DNA of 64,000 nucleotides from contig LSRY02000035.1 of the NCBI GenBank assembly GCA_001643675.2, forward strand, positions 124,001 to 188,000, given 5' to 3'. Positions 12,007-25,688 of the stretch are shown one piece after another (the stretch's first letter is position 1; every line of letters begins with the position of its first letter). This DNA is from Monocercomonoides exilis PA203. Taxonomy: Eukaryota > Protista > Preaxostyla. The notes below the pieces were generated by a model. That model had not been told where the DNA came from. It was given only the letters and a program-made list of their open reading frames with translations, and did no database searches. A program made the position numbers and the translations under genes.

Positions 12007-15000
12007 TCATTCAAATTTCATATTTTCAAACTCACCTTCAGTTCCAATTTCCTTCAATTCTCTTTCGTTGCCTTCGCTCTCTTGCATCAGCCCCAACGCA
12101 TCTGTCACTGTGAGCATCGCTGCTCCTGGAGGAAAGTTTTCACTCAGCTCTCTTTTCACATCTCCCAGTGACATGCGATGTTCACTTTCTGTCCGAGTGC
12201 ATGCAATGATCAATCCACCCAGATTGCTCCCCTCTGTTTTCAAAAAGTCTGGTCTCTCTCCATTTACAATCTTCTGCCCTGCCACCACACCTTCATACTC
12301 CCCAAACGGGATCTCCAGCGTCACACACTCCCACAGCATCATCCCAATCGAGAACGAGACTGACTCCTTTGTTGCTCCCATCTTCTTGTTCATCAGCAAC
12401 TCGGGCGCCTTCCACCTCAGGCACTCTTTTTTGTAATCATCCTCATCCTCAAAGGCTGATGAAGGCAGAGAGTCATCATCATCGTCGTCGCTTGCAGATG
12501 TCACAACAGTTGATGAAGAGATGGATGATGAATCTGAATCATCAGAAGAGAAGTCGGAGCGCATGACGATGCAGATGACCATGTGCTCGGAGAACAACAC
12601 AATGTGAGGACTCAGATTGGAAAGTGACTGAAGCTTGTTTTCCATTTCATCAAAGGAGTGGAGGGCGAGATTGGCCACCCAGAACAGGATTTGGGCAGCC
12701 GAGACTTCCCTTTCTTGAAGAGGACCAATCGGCATTTCCTTTGTCTTATTCCTTCCATGCAACAACATAAATAGTGAATCCCTCAAATCCACAATCAGCT
12801 TCTCGTGAGGCGATGAACAGGCCATTGCATCCACCAGATTCGACATGGATGAGGTGGTTGGACACAAATCCTCCTCTCGAACAAAAGTGGAATCTGAATC
12901 AGTTGAACAAGTTGATGAAATGGATGGCGATGGCGTTCGCTTCCTTGTCTCTTCCTCTTCTTCCTCATCCTTCTCCAGTGCCCATTCAGGAATCTTGTCT
13001 GAGTCTTTCCCCAAAATGTATTCAGTTGATCCACTCTCAGATAGAAGATGCTCTGATGATTCTGAATGTTGCATTTTCGTGTCATACACCCTCTTCTTTA
13101 TCCTCTCCTCATTCTTCTTCTCTGCCTCCTTCTCTGCTCTCCTCCACTGCTCTTCTGGCGACATATCCATCGTCACCATCTCAAATGCCTTCGGATCCTT
13201 TTTGATGTTATCATTCACAATCTCTCTCAGATCTTCTGCTTCATTCTTAACCTTCTTCCACCGAACAATAAATATAATAGATACAATAAGAACAATCAAC
13301 AGAACAATAGCCATAATGATCACAATCAATGCCCATGATGATTTCCCTTCTTTTCCTCTTTCAGCAATCCTTTCATCTCCCTTCGATTCAACATCGCTCC
13401 TATTCTTCAGAATGAATGACTCAGTTGCCGAGGGAGAATGGCCATCCCCGAACAAGATGCACACCCTCACTTCCGCACTCGCCTCTGCTCCCCTCACCAT
13501 CTCCAACCCAGTTGTGCCGTGCACTTCCTCTTCACTCACTAACCCAGACTCACTTATCTCGTGTGTCTCCATCTGCTCTACATCCCCCACAGACGAAACA
13601 ACGTGAAACGACAGGTTGCATGGAAGAAAAAGTGTGCCCCAGAACACAACATCCAGCACCCCTTCCTTCTCCTCTGTCTCCACCTCTCGGAGTGTGGGGA
13701 TGAACAATGGCGATGCTCGCTCCTCAACAATCCCCATCAAACTGCATCCATCATTCAGAATCCACATCGATAAATCATCTTTCACTCCGTCTCCTCCCTT
13801 CAAGCTCATCACATTCAATGTTCCAGAATCAGAACAAATAATGTTTCTTCTCACATATGAATATTTCTCAATTGATGGATTGTTATTCATTAACTCCCCT
13901 TTCTCAATATCCACAGATCCTCCACTCACACTCATTCCTCCCTTTAATGAGTTGCATATATTGGTATCTCTTTCAACTGCTTCACTCTTCGACAAGTCAA
14001 CAATTGATCCATTCCATCTGCACACTTCACAAGAAATTTCATTCCTTTTCGTTTCTGAAAAAGGATTCCATCCAAACACACACAATTCCATCAATATCTT
14101 CTCAGCAAATGAAACTGCCACTTGGCTCCCCTTTGGTGACTCTTATGTGCACCAATTAAACGAACAGTTACACATATCAAAACAACTCATTAGATGACTT
14201 GAGCAAACAATGTCAGACCCACAAGTCGATCAGCTGATCTTTGTGAATGATGAAACCATAAATGAAAAAATGAGCGAAGAATAAAAGTTTCCAAGTGAGA
14301 TCTGACTCTCTTTTTCTAACCCAATATTTGTTGTTTTGAGCTTAGAAATGCTCACTTCCTCACTCTTTCCACATTCAATCACAGAACTCTTGAATTCCAC
14401 ATCATCCACTCCCACATCATCAAATGTTGCCATTTCTGAATGCAATATGTTGAAAACTGGCTTCGAGAATTTCAAGTGGCCAACACTGCACTTTTCTGCC
14501 TCAAACAACCCTTCTTCAACAACAATCAGAGAAAAGTCAAAAAGGGTTTGTGAATTCTCCATTGATCCGCTCTCCGATAGGAATGTAACAGATTCGAGAA
14601 TAAGAGATCCATTCAGCTGTTGCATAAAGCACGAGCAGACAACATTCGGCATTCCACTAAAAACAAATGAAAGCTTCTCAAATCGAACAGATTCCGAAGT
14701 ATTCACAACTCCCTCACTCTCAAGCTCAATTTCTCTCACTTTTATCTCAGCATTCCTGTTTGCTTCCATCGACTTGATTGCAACCTTCTGAGCAGAGCAC
14801 GAACCAGTTAATGCTGTTTCATTCCAGATATACAACTGAGAATAATCTGAAGGATTAATGTGACTCAGTCCAACATTCAACGATAAGCATGCTCCCTTCA
14901 TTTCTCCACAATTCTTGCTTTCGCTTCTATTCCCTGCAATCGATGAAACAAATATGAATTCGCTCCTGAACACAAACACCCTCCTCAGCAGATCCTCTTC

Positions 15001-18000
15001 ATCCCCATAATTGTCTGCTGTGCAACCACATATTGCCAGCTCCCTCACAAACGGCTCCCCAAAATTTATCAGGAACTGTGATTCACTTATCTGCGAGTCA
15101 AGATCTGTGCACTTCACAAACACATTTCTCCCCTTCGATGTAACATTCTCCTTGAATGTGATGTTCGATAGCACAAATGTTAACGCCTTCTGTGAGACAT
15201 TTTGCGATTTCAAAAACAATCCTCCGCCTCTCCCAATATTCGAACAGAAACACTCTGTCACATTTGTGTGATTCACTTCCAATCTCCCCCTATCATCGAG
15301 AAGGAAAAACACTCCTCCTCCTTCATTCGAGCTTATCGATCCACAATTGTTTATCGACGAATTCTCCATTTTCAATCGCGCTTCTTTTGAAATATCAAAA
15401 CAAATCAATGAGGGGTTGTTTGACACATTGTGCTTCACATTCACAAATGTGCGTTGCTCAAACAGAATATTCCACACTTCTTCTGAATTATCATTCTTCC
15501 TTTCAGAAATCACACTTTCGCTCATCACAATTGCACTTTTCCTGCTCAATGAAATATCTTCAAATGTCACACTGTTCATGGTTGTCACACAATCAGCTGA
15601 TATGCTCATTATCTCATGCATCGTTGAGAATCCAGCTATTTCTGTCTATTCAATCGAAACAATTCCTTTCAATGCACCGATCAACACAAATAACACCTCA
15701 CTTTCATCATTGCCAATTGTGCGAATCGAACATCATACAACACTCGTTTTGACTAAATCTGATCCTGTCTGGATAAGGATGTTTGCTCCGTTGTCAAAGG
15801 CACTGGGAATCTGAATCCCCAATTCACTGAATTGAACAACCCCTTTGCCCTCAACAACAGCATCTCCATCCCCTTCAAGTGCTTGAGCAAATTGGATTTT
15901 GTCTGACTCCCCATTTGTTCCTTCCAGCTTCATCCCACTCATCTCAATCACACTCTTCACATCACAAATCCCCTGAACTGCAATTGATTCAATCCCTAAG
16001 TTACCCCCTCGCTTCACCCCATAATCCACAGAAGCGCATGGATATTCCAACATCCCACACACTACTACATTATTTCCTTCCCGCGCAACATTCACACTCG
16101 ACCCAATCTCTTTCCAATAATAGATCAATGGAATTGCATATTTCATGTTTTCTCCATTATACACTATCTGCGAGTCCACTGTCAGCATCTCCAACCTGTT
16201 TTTCATAAATGGTAGTGTTTCGTTCTTGATGCTCTTAATAAGCGATGGAGATGAAATAAACAAATCCATTCCAAACATCGTATTGTTTGGCTTGTCAGAA
16301 GAACAAGTTGGAGAGGAAATCACAAAATCTGTCTCATCCGATTCGCTCAACAAATTCGACTTTATTCCTCCTCCATATCCAACACTTCTCTCTTCATATC
16401 GTGCTCTGCAACAATAAAACGAACACATATCTATCAACAGATTCGTTTTCGAAGATGCTTCATAAAAGAGTGCTCCCCCTCCGATCTCTTCTTCCTCTCC
16501 AACAACAGAACATCCTTCAAATGTGCAGTCAAATATTTCCACTTTATAATCTCCATTTTCATCCTCATTGTTTGAAACACTTATACATCCTCCACTTCCC
16601 TTTGAACGAGTGATCGATGAAAATGTGCATCCTGACATCTCTTCAATAATTCTATTGTGGCTCTCGACAACACTCCTATCAACAAATGTGATTTCGAAAA
16701 AATTACAGTTTGTCATTTTCAACGAAGGTTTTGAATTAACACTTCACTCAACAATGGAAAACGATGTATCTCCTTTTTTCATATTTTTTGTTGATAACTC
16801 ACTCAGTTCTACAGCCCATCCAACAGCTTTCGCAAAAACTGATAAAATAGAATCAGTACTTCCTTTAATCCCACATTTATTCAGTGTGAGCTTCCCTGAA
16901 TGGCACTCAAATACACTTTCATGAAAGGTCAGCGATTTCTTCAAAGAAAATATAGTATCAGTCACAGACACAATGACTGAGCTTTTTGTCAATCCAATTT
17001 GAGCTCCCTCTTTCTGATCAGAAACATCTCATTTCATCTCATTCTCTTTGAATGCAATGCTCCATTGATTTGAAGCCAACCCTAGTTCCTCCACAAAGGC
17101 AAATGGCTCAAGAAGAGCAACATCCTTTTTCTTCCCTTCAAAGTGGAGCGACACTGCCTTCAAAATGGATGAATACGGAAACTCCTCAAATCCGCACTTC
17201 GAGAAATCATGGCTCAATGATCCTCCTCCAACAAAGTCCGACCCTGAAAAGTTATCCAACAGATACACAACCAGCGGGATGGCAAATGCCTCGTTTAGCG
17301 TTGATCTCTCAAATCCATTTAATTTTGAAAAATCGTTCAAATCAACTTCAAATACAATCGAGCTTCTGCTAATCGCTCTTGAAAGATCATTTGCATTGAT
17401 GAAGATTTCTTTCCCCTCTTTAGCATCCCAAGCGGAAAATGAAACATCCTTCAAAGTGAATGAGCTTGTCCCATCAGCCAAATTAAGATAAATCCCTCCT
17501 CCATATCCACACTCTCCATCTGCTGTTTGTATTGCCTTGCAGCTCTCAAGTTGAAATAAACCCCTTTCCTCGCTGGAAAATATTGCCCTTGCTGAGTCAG
17601 CATCTGTCATATTTCCCACGGTGAATGATGATCCTTCTTTCATCTCAACCCACAATCCTCCTCCATTTCCTCCGTTGCTCTCACACCAAGACATCGTCCC
17701 TCCAACTATTTCCAGTGAGCAATCTCTCCAAAGTGTGCATTCCATCGCCCCTCCATCTCCCCCATCTCCTTTGAATCCTCTCATCGTATTGTTCGACAAT
17801 TTCATTGACTTTCCTGAATTTGTGGAAATCATTTTAACTGATCCTGTTGATAATGATTCTGTTTGTGAATATGCTTTCACTGAAAGCGTTGAATCTTGAA
17901 TCGTAAAAGATGCTCCATTCTCCGCTTCAAACAAAACACTCTTTGTTGTCGAGCTTATATCTTCAATGATCATGGAAGTGAATGTGCCAGCAGCATTGTT

Positions 18001-20930
18001 TCCGTCAAGGCGAATCAATGGTTGACTCCCAAAAACCGGATACATTACATTGAACGATGAAACAGATACCTCACCTGTTGTTGCAGATAAAAATACATAA
18101 GATAACGCTGATCGAGAGTTTTGAAACGTCAGTGAGCAGCTCTCAACCGAAAATAATTGTGAGGAAGAACTGAAGAATGCTTCATGATTTGGTAGAATAG
18201 AAGGGACAGAGAAAGTGAGTGATTTCAAAATAGCATTTGTTCTGACTGCTATCATGCTTTCTCCGCTTCCATCACATTCATCAATCACCTTCCATCCACT
18301 GTTTCCATCTTTCACCCTGATTGTGTGCTTCAATGAGTCAAATGTCAACTCATTTTTCACTTCAATCATCCCATCGATAACACTCTTCTATTCATCTTCT
18401 TGCCTCGTCAAACAATGCTTCAGAGTCTGACACGGAATTTCAGCGTATCCACAATAAGAATTGTCAGAAGCATCAAAATTGCTCACAACAATCTCTTCTG
18501 GCAAATGAATCAGATAAACGCATAGCGGAATTGGAGCTGATTCATTTCAATTGTTGAATCCTTGCATCTTGCTCTTTGTATCAAATGAGGGTGTTAACGA
18601 GGCAATTTTCCCACTTGTTGCTGTTGACTCCAGATCGATCGAATCAACTAAAATTTCGCTCCTTAATTTAACCCTGTTCCCTTTAAATGCTGATGAAATA
18701 AGAAAGTCTGCACTTGCATCTTTCAATTTCAGTCCGATTCCTCCTCCTCTTCCTTGAGTGGCTGAGGCATAACAGTTCTTCACAATGCCTCCTTTCACAT
18801 TCAATGAACTCCAACTTCCCATTTCAACCATCAAGCCTCCTCCAAACTCAGAGGCTTCACTCCCACAACCATCAACAGTGCACCCTTCAAGTGATATTGA
18901 ATATGTCCCTTCGCTTGCACTTATCAATGATGGCCCTGCTGATGTCCTCGCATTGTTGCTGAACACACAGCCATCCAGAGGCAATGAAACAGACGATTCT
19001 TGTGGCAGAGAAAACACATTTGTGGTGCTGAATGTTTGTCCTCATCTCACACCCTTCATCTTCAAACTTCCCCCTTCCATCTTCACAAGCGAGTTCTGAA
19101 TGCTCCTCTCTTTTGAATGAGCTGCATCCATCGAAATGTTCATTCTCTTCACACCCATCGATCCACTTCCTTTCACCTCAAACAGTCTGCATTGTCTATT
19201 GTTTTCAAATGATGAGCTGTCAATCACAGACAGATCATTCACGACCAACTCCTTTATTCCAACATAAAACAGACTCAATCCATTTCCCTCAGATTTAGCA
19301 ATGGCTGAGCCAGATGGAGAAACTCCATTCACAGTGATCGTTTTCTCCCCAATGTCAACTCCTTTTTTTTCCACAACTGTTCCACTCAACACCTTCATTT
19401 CCTCCACAAACTCCACAATCATTTAAAAAACGTTATGGCTGATTGTAAGGCATGCGCAACTTTCATTCAATCCACAGCTGAAAGTGCCTTTTGCGTTTGT
19501 CTGATTTTGAGTTGAAGCAACAAATCTGCATTTCCCTCAATTGTTATGAAGATATTTTCTTTTATCACCATTTGCAAAATATCTAATCCCTTCTGTTCTT
19601 GTTGAATAACAATAAACAATCTGAAAGAATGTGGAATAGTCATCCACATAAAAGTCATAACCATATGGAGAAGTATTATAATGAAAAAAGGAAAACCACA
19701 AAAGATTTCCACTGTATCCATCCGTTCTGATACTTACACCTCCTCCATGTTAATCTGAATGGCATCCTTGAAAAAGGCAGTTACGTGCGACAATTTTATT
19801 TAAATTGTACCAAAACGCCAATCTTTCACCATCAGAACTCGTTGAATGATGCGCACTGCAATTTTGGAAATAACAATTGAATACACAATCTTTTGTTTTG
19901 TTTGTTTTTGAACTCAAAATTATCAATCCACCACCATCATTTCCAGACCAATTGTCTTTGAACAAACAGTTTTCAACAAGTAATTGAATTGATATACCAG
20001 AAATTTCTGTTCCAGCTCCTCCGCAATTTGTTGATGAAGCACAAGAGCACTCTTCAAATGTGGAATGCTTCACAGTGCATTCTGCAATGTTCAAAGCGAA
20101 TATTCATCCTCCTCTTGTTGAAGTTGCATTAGATTTCGCAAATGATGAATTCTCAACAGTCAGCGTCGCACTCGAATTGTCATGAACGTACGGTGCCCCA
20201 CAGCTTGAAGCATTGCATTCATTCCATTCAGCATTCTTATATGTTTGTGTCTCGGTGGTTTCATTTCGCACAGTGTTTTTCATCTTCCGATCCGCTCTTT
20301 CATTCTGAACAAATGTGCAATTGTTACAGGAAAAGAAAACAGATCCTTCTGTTCCACTTGCAATCCCGCCTTCCAGCACATTCATCGATTTTTCAACATC
20401 ACAATCATCCATTCTGCTCCTCTTCATCATCCTCTCTTTTCCAGTTTGTATTTCCTCTGTTTTACTAAATTTCTTTGTGATATTCGCAAATTTGCAGTTT
20501 TTTATCTCTTCAAAACTTCCTGCACCCTCTCTCAGAATGCTGCCTCCACTCCCACAAAGCACAACATCATCAAACTCACTGTTTCTCACAAACAACGAAG
20601 ACAAACCTCCTCTTTCCATCTTCACCACACTCCCCATCATTCCACATTCCTCACCATTCCCAACACCCAAAGTTGTGTTTATCAGCCAGCATGTTCCTCC
20701 ATTCCTCACAAAATGACCATTCCACTCGTTCTTTCTCACAAACACACTCCCATCAACCAGCAGTGATGATCCTGCTCTTATTTCAATCATCTCACAATTA
20801 TCTAGCTTTTAAGCAGCATCACTTTCAATTCAATTGACGAATTGTGCATTTCGCAGAATAACCTAACAACACTTCCTTTCCAAAAAATACCACTCTTTTC
20901 CATTCCACGAACATGGAAATAATCATATTC
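12007..20930 (-). pseudogene. Large single-pass receptor-like gene (beta-helix/adhesin-like ectodomain, transmembrane helix, kinase-like C-lobe) broken by many stops and frameshifts
   Basis: Collinear minus-strand ORF fragments with repeated GGG[IVL] and FxxN/FxxC motifs and CGxxxxPCxS repeats. TM segment WALIVIIMAIVLLIVLIVSIIFIV. C-terminal LRWKAPELL...SFSIGMMLWECVTLEIPF...GERP resembles kinase subdomains VIII-XI, with no HRD or DFG. Confidence 0.8.
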
Positions 20931-22599
20931 AGGCAAATGGGTGCTATTCCGGTACATAAGAATTAGCTTTTTTTATGATAAAGATATTTATCATAATTTT
21001 TAATTTATTCACACAAAATATCTGAGTAAGGAAATAATTCTATGTCGAAATAGAAATATTTCAAAAAAATAAAAAAATTGTATTGGGAAATGAAATTTTT
21101 CATATAAATATGAATAAAATTGTTGAAGACGTAATGTAAAATTATTCTGAAAGGCAATTTTCAGTCGAACTTTCTCCATCTCCTTCTCCAAATGGATCCA
21201 AATAATCTTCTTCTTCAATTTCAGGAAGAGTATCATCGGCATCTGTGATTTCTTCTTCATCCATTTCTTCAATAATTTCATTTTCCTCTTCAATTAATTC
21301 ATCAGGTTCATAATGAATCAACTCTTTCATCACATCTTCAAACACAAGCTTCAATGAACTTTTACCAAAAAACATTGCAATCCGATCGGTGAGATATTTT
21401 ATTCTCATTCCGGACTGAGGAAAAGATGACCATAAATGCTTCCATAACCCTTCAATTGTGTTTGTGCAAGCCTTATTCTCTCTTTATTGAAGAATTCCCG
21501 CTTGTGGCAGACTGTTTCGTGTGAACAACCAAACATTCTTAAACATTGATAAGTTTTCCATTCGTCAACAAATATCTTTGTGCCAATCAAAATGCAGAAC
21601 ATTTTTTCTATCAAGAAAACCTCCATTCAAATTCTTCTCTCCATATTGAGAGATGTCACTTAATGGAACATGTCACTTTCGTGATCAAAAATTTTCGTTA
21701 CTCCTCGACCACCTACAGCTTCTGGAATTGCACTTTCTGCTTTCCAAGCAGTACTAAGCAGTGCACTAACAATATCCTCAAGCAATATGATTACGCAGTC
21801 CTCTGCTTCTCCCTCAATTGTTTCGCAACCTTCACACTCCACTGGACAAAGCCAGGAAAGAAGAGAGACCTCTAAAACTGACATATAAAGTGATAGACAA
21901 GTAACTGTAACAATGGATGATTTTTTTTTATCAGTGAAAACGCTGAACCAACAATTTCTCTTTTAAAAGAAAAATTAATAAGATTTGATATCGACGAAAT
22001 ATCATCATTCTGTAATAAGCTCGATTTCAACCCTGTTAACGGTCACAGTCCTCCATCAGCTGTTAAAACAAAATATTGGTATTGAGATGCATTTGATAAA
22101 GCGGGAAAACAAGTTGAGAGATATCTGTTTCCAGCTTTTAAAGCTATTTTGTTATCGATTCATAATATCAAGAGGAAAGCCGACACTGCTGAGGAAGTTG
22201 CAAAAGATACCTTGATGCTTATTACACAAGCAATGCAGGAAGCAAGGAAGACGAGAATTCAAGGAAGATATTGATTTTCAGCCACAAGAAAGATGGAGGC
22301 CGAGGCTACTGGTGGATTACTTACGAAGAGGCAGCAAGATATATTGGAGGAGACAAGACTGAAATTGAGACAAATTCAAAGAGCTGCATTTGATAGAAAA
22401 TTGTAAAGAAAAACAGATGATTATCACAGAGCAACCGATCGAGCGGAGCTGTCAAGAAGTTTCAGCGGAAGGCAGTTTTTTTCGGAGGTAGCCCCGGACG
22501 TCAGGAAGTCAGTACCGCTTCAGAAGCTCCCAGAGAAGAGCAGGGGAAATCTGGAAGAAGGGTGCTTCAAGATGTTCCGATGGAGGCAGGAAATATTTG

Positions 22600-24520
22600 T
22601 GGAGACCCAAGGGAGGATTGGAGGCAGGACAGTTTAGTTTTTGGAGGAATGGGATAAGATCAAAGGAGGAAGCCTTAAAAGACTGGGTGCACACGCTTCA
22701 TGGACAAAAAGAAGAGCAAAGGAAGCACTGAGGAAGAAATAATGTAAGGACGGAGCAACGCAAATGAGCATGGAACAGCGATCGGCTTTTTGAAACGTGT
22801 TAAAAGAGCAACTGGAGACAAACATCGTTTGCGCAATATCTCCAGAACAGTTCATTCTTCGGAGCAATGTCTTTCTCATCAAAATGAAGTCAGGCATCTG
22901 GCACAAAAACCTGAATTACAGTTATCTGAATGCTTCAATGAAAAAGTCTCATTTCAAATGCGAAAACGAACGGATGGTGGAGCGGTTGATAGAAAAGAGG
23001 GAATTTGTGATAGCATTGGATCTTTCCCAGGCGAATCACTTAATACCTGTGTCCGAAGACCTGAAGTCGTTTCTATGTTTTCGGTTCGAAGAACAAGACT
23101 ATGTTTACGAAGGAATGCCCTTCGGGTTAACAGATGCCCCTCGGTTTTTCACAAAGATAATGAGGAAAGTGACAGCGGTGATAAAGGTGAGATGGGAAGT
23201 CAGAGCGGTTTCTCAATTGGATTATCTTATTCTGTTGCGCCAAGACTGCATCTTGCTGAAGAAAATTCCAGAAGTTTTTTTGTTTTTTTAAAGACTATGA
23301 TTACTCATCAACAAAGAGAAATGTCAGCTGAAACAAACACAGAAGTTTTTGTTCTTGGGGTTCCTTTGAAACACAGAAGAATTAACAGTTCAATTGAGCG
23401 AGGAAAGGCGTTCTTCATTTCAAGAGCTGCTGAGACGTTGGGAGAAGTTATGTATAAGAGCCAAACAGATTCGTGTGAAAGACTGGGCGTCAGCTATTGG
23501 GAAGCTAAACACAACTCGTTTTGTCATTCCAGACGCATCCCTCCATCGCGTAGCTATGCATCACTTGCTCCAAAAGAGTGTCAGAACAGTCGGATGGAAC
23601 GGGATGATGAGGATGAATGCATCAGTCCTCAAGGAGATCAGAGAATGGAGGAGGATATTGAGGCAGACCAAGAATCGGGAATTAGCTTTGGTTTTCATTC
23701 CTCAAGCTGTTCTGACTACAGATGCAGCGGAACAAGCATGGGGTGCGACATTCAGAATCAACAACAATTTTTTGGATTGGCTTGCCAGTTTTCTTTAATA
23801 TGTCCACAACCAGTCGTCCAACTTCAGAGAACAACTAGCTGTTTTGCTAGCTCTGCACCATTTTGCCTAGACTATCCAGAACAACAAAAAAACTCGTCTA
23901 TTGCTTCGGTCGGACAACAGCTCAGTAGTCTACAACGTGAATCGTTGGAATGCGGGGAAGAATCTTCGGCCAGTGCTACGCAAGATATGGAAATGGACGG
24001 AGGAAAGGAATCTGACAATAAAAGCACAACATCTCCCAGGCATAAAGAACGTCAGAGCAGATGCACTGTCCCGCCTGGAAAGAGCAGGGGACAACGAGAT
24101 CAGAAACGACACATTCAACGAGATACTTGCTCAGTGGAAAGTGAGACCGACTCTTGACGTGTTAACATCACGGAACAATCACAAGATCGAAAGATGGTGT
24201 GGAGAAGGCAGTCCAATTGTGGAAGATGGATTGACAGTTCCTTGGAGCAACGAGTGTGTTCTAGCTCATCCACCAATACAAAAAATTCCAATAGTTATTC
24301 GAATGGATCAGATGGAGAAAGCTCGAGTGATTATACTTCTGCCGAGCTGGAAGGGTCAGAATTGGGACATCCTTCTTCGAACGAGCAATTATTGCAGCTT
24401 GGAATTGAACTACAACTCTAAGATTCTTCGGGAGGGTCCATGGATGAAGAAGACGGGAGCCTGCCTTCCTCCAGGGAAGATGAAAGCAATCCTGCTGAAT
24501 CCATCGAGAAGAGAGGTGAA
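22600..24520 (+). pseudogene. DIRS pol: reverse transcriptase, RNase H and N6-adenine methyltransferase-like domain
   Basis: RT: LDLSQANHLIPV, GMPFGLTDAPRFFTK, and QLDY at the YLDD position. RNase H: TTDAA..WGA, RSDNSSVV, HLPGIKNVRADALSR. MT-like: PTLDVLTSRNN...DGLTVPW...LAHPP...LPSWKGQNW. In-frame stops are present. Confidence 0.88.
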
Positions 24521-25688
24521 GCCTGGTGGCTGCACGTGCTTTATTAAAGAGGAGTTTCCGTGGAGCTCGCGAACGAGAACAAGGCTGGCATTGCATCGTC
24601 AACGTGGGAGGGGTATTTATTCTTTTTCGCGCACTTTTCAGACCAGTGGAAGAAGCGTGCCCATGGGCATATTCCAGACAACTTACCTGACTGGATCGTC
24701 AAATGCGCGGATGTATTTTTTTACAGCGAAGAATAGAGGATTCAAGGTTTCAGTTATACAGATGGTGAGAGATGCAGTGTCATTTTATTCAGTTCAAGCT
24801 TTCAATACACCATTGGGAGATATTGCTTTCATCAGAATCCTATTCCGAGCATTCCGAAGAAACGATACATAAAGAAAGAAGATGACTCCAGAGATTCGGA
24901 ATCCGAATGTTTTGTAAAAATACTTTGCCGAGTTAGTCCCGAACAACTATTTGTCTTTCAAGGAACGAACAACGAAGGATATTACGCTGAAAATGCTCTT
25001 ATCTGTTTGTTGTTTCACAAAACTGGAGCGTGTAAACATGGAGAACTCTCGGTTTGAAGATGAAGGTGTGTATTTGGATATAGCGTTGAAGACATCACAT
25101 ACACGAACAAACATTGCAGTTCCATTTCTTCCGGATATACCATTTATTTGCCCAGCATCAGCAACACGTGATCTGTGGACTGATGTTCAACAAAAGCAGA
25201 AGTCCAAAAAACTATTGCTCAACACCACATCGTTCCAACCTCTATCAGCATCGGGAATCCGCAAGCTGGCCAAGGAGGCAATGAAGGCAGCATGAGTCAC
25301 ACAGAAATATACTCCTTTCTCACTTAAAGCAGCGACCTTGTCGGCTCTGACGATGGCTTGGATTCCAATGTCTCAAATAACCTAGTTTGCCAGACTATCT
25401 CCAAGGACAAATTCACTTGTTAAACATTTTTTCAAGGGCAATCATGCATCCTCAATGGCTACAGTGATTGTTGGTCCAATTAACGAACAGAAGAGTGACA
25501 GATCAGATGAAGAAGAAAGCCAGACAAGCAACGAGGAGGATGATAGATTTAGAGACCAGATCAATGAGAGGACAAGTTCAGACGAAGATAGCATTAGTGA
25601 ATCAATCGACGCTTCTGAGGAGGAGGCTGTGGAAATGATTGAGATGAAAGAAGAAAAAATGAAGAGGACAAGAGGAATAAATATGTAA
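24500..25688 (+). pseudogene. DIRS tyrosine recombinase with acidic C-terminal tail
   Basis: STWEGY N-terminal region, LKTS, FICPASA, and YTPFSLKAATLS at the HxxR box position. Stops and a frameshift near the 24716 T-run are present. Confidence 0.75.

Noticed and set aside
12068-20766. Numerous plus-strand ORFs over the receptor pseudogene
   Set aside because: They are antisense shadows with no recognisable motifs.
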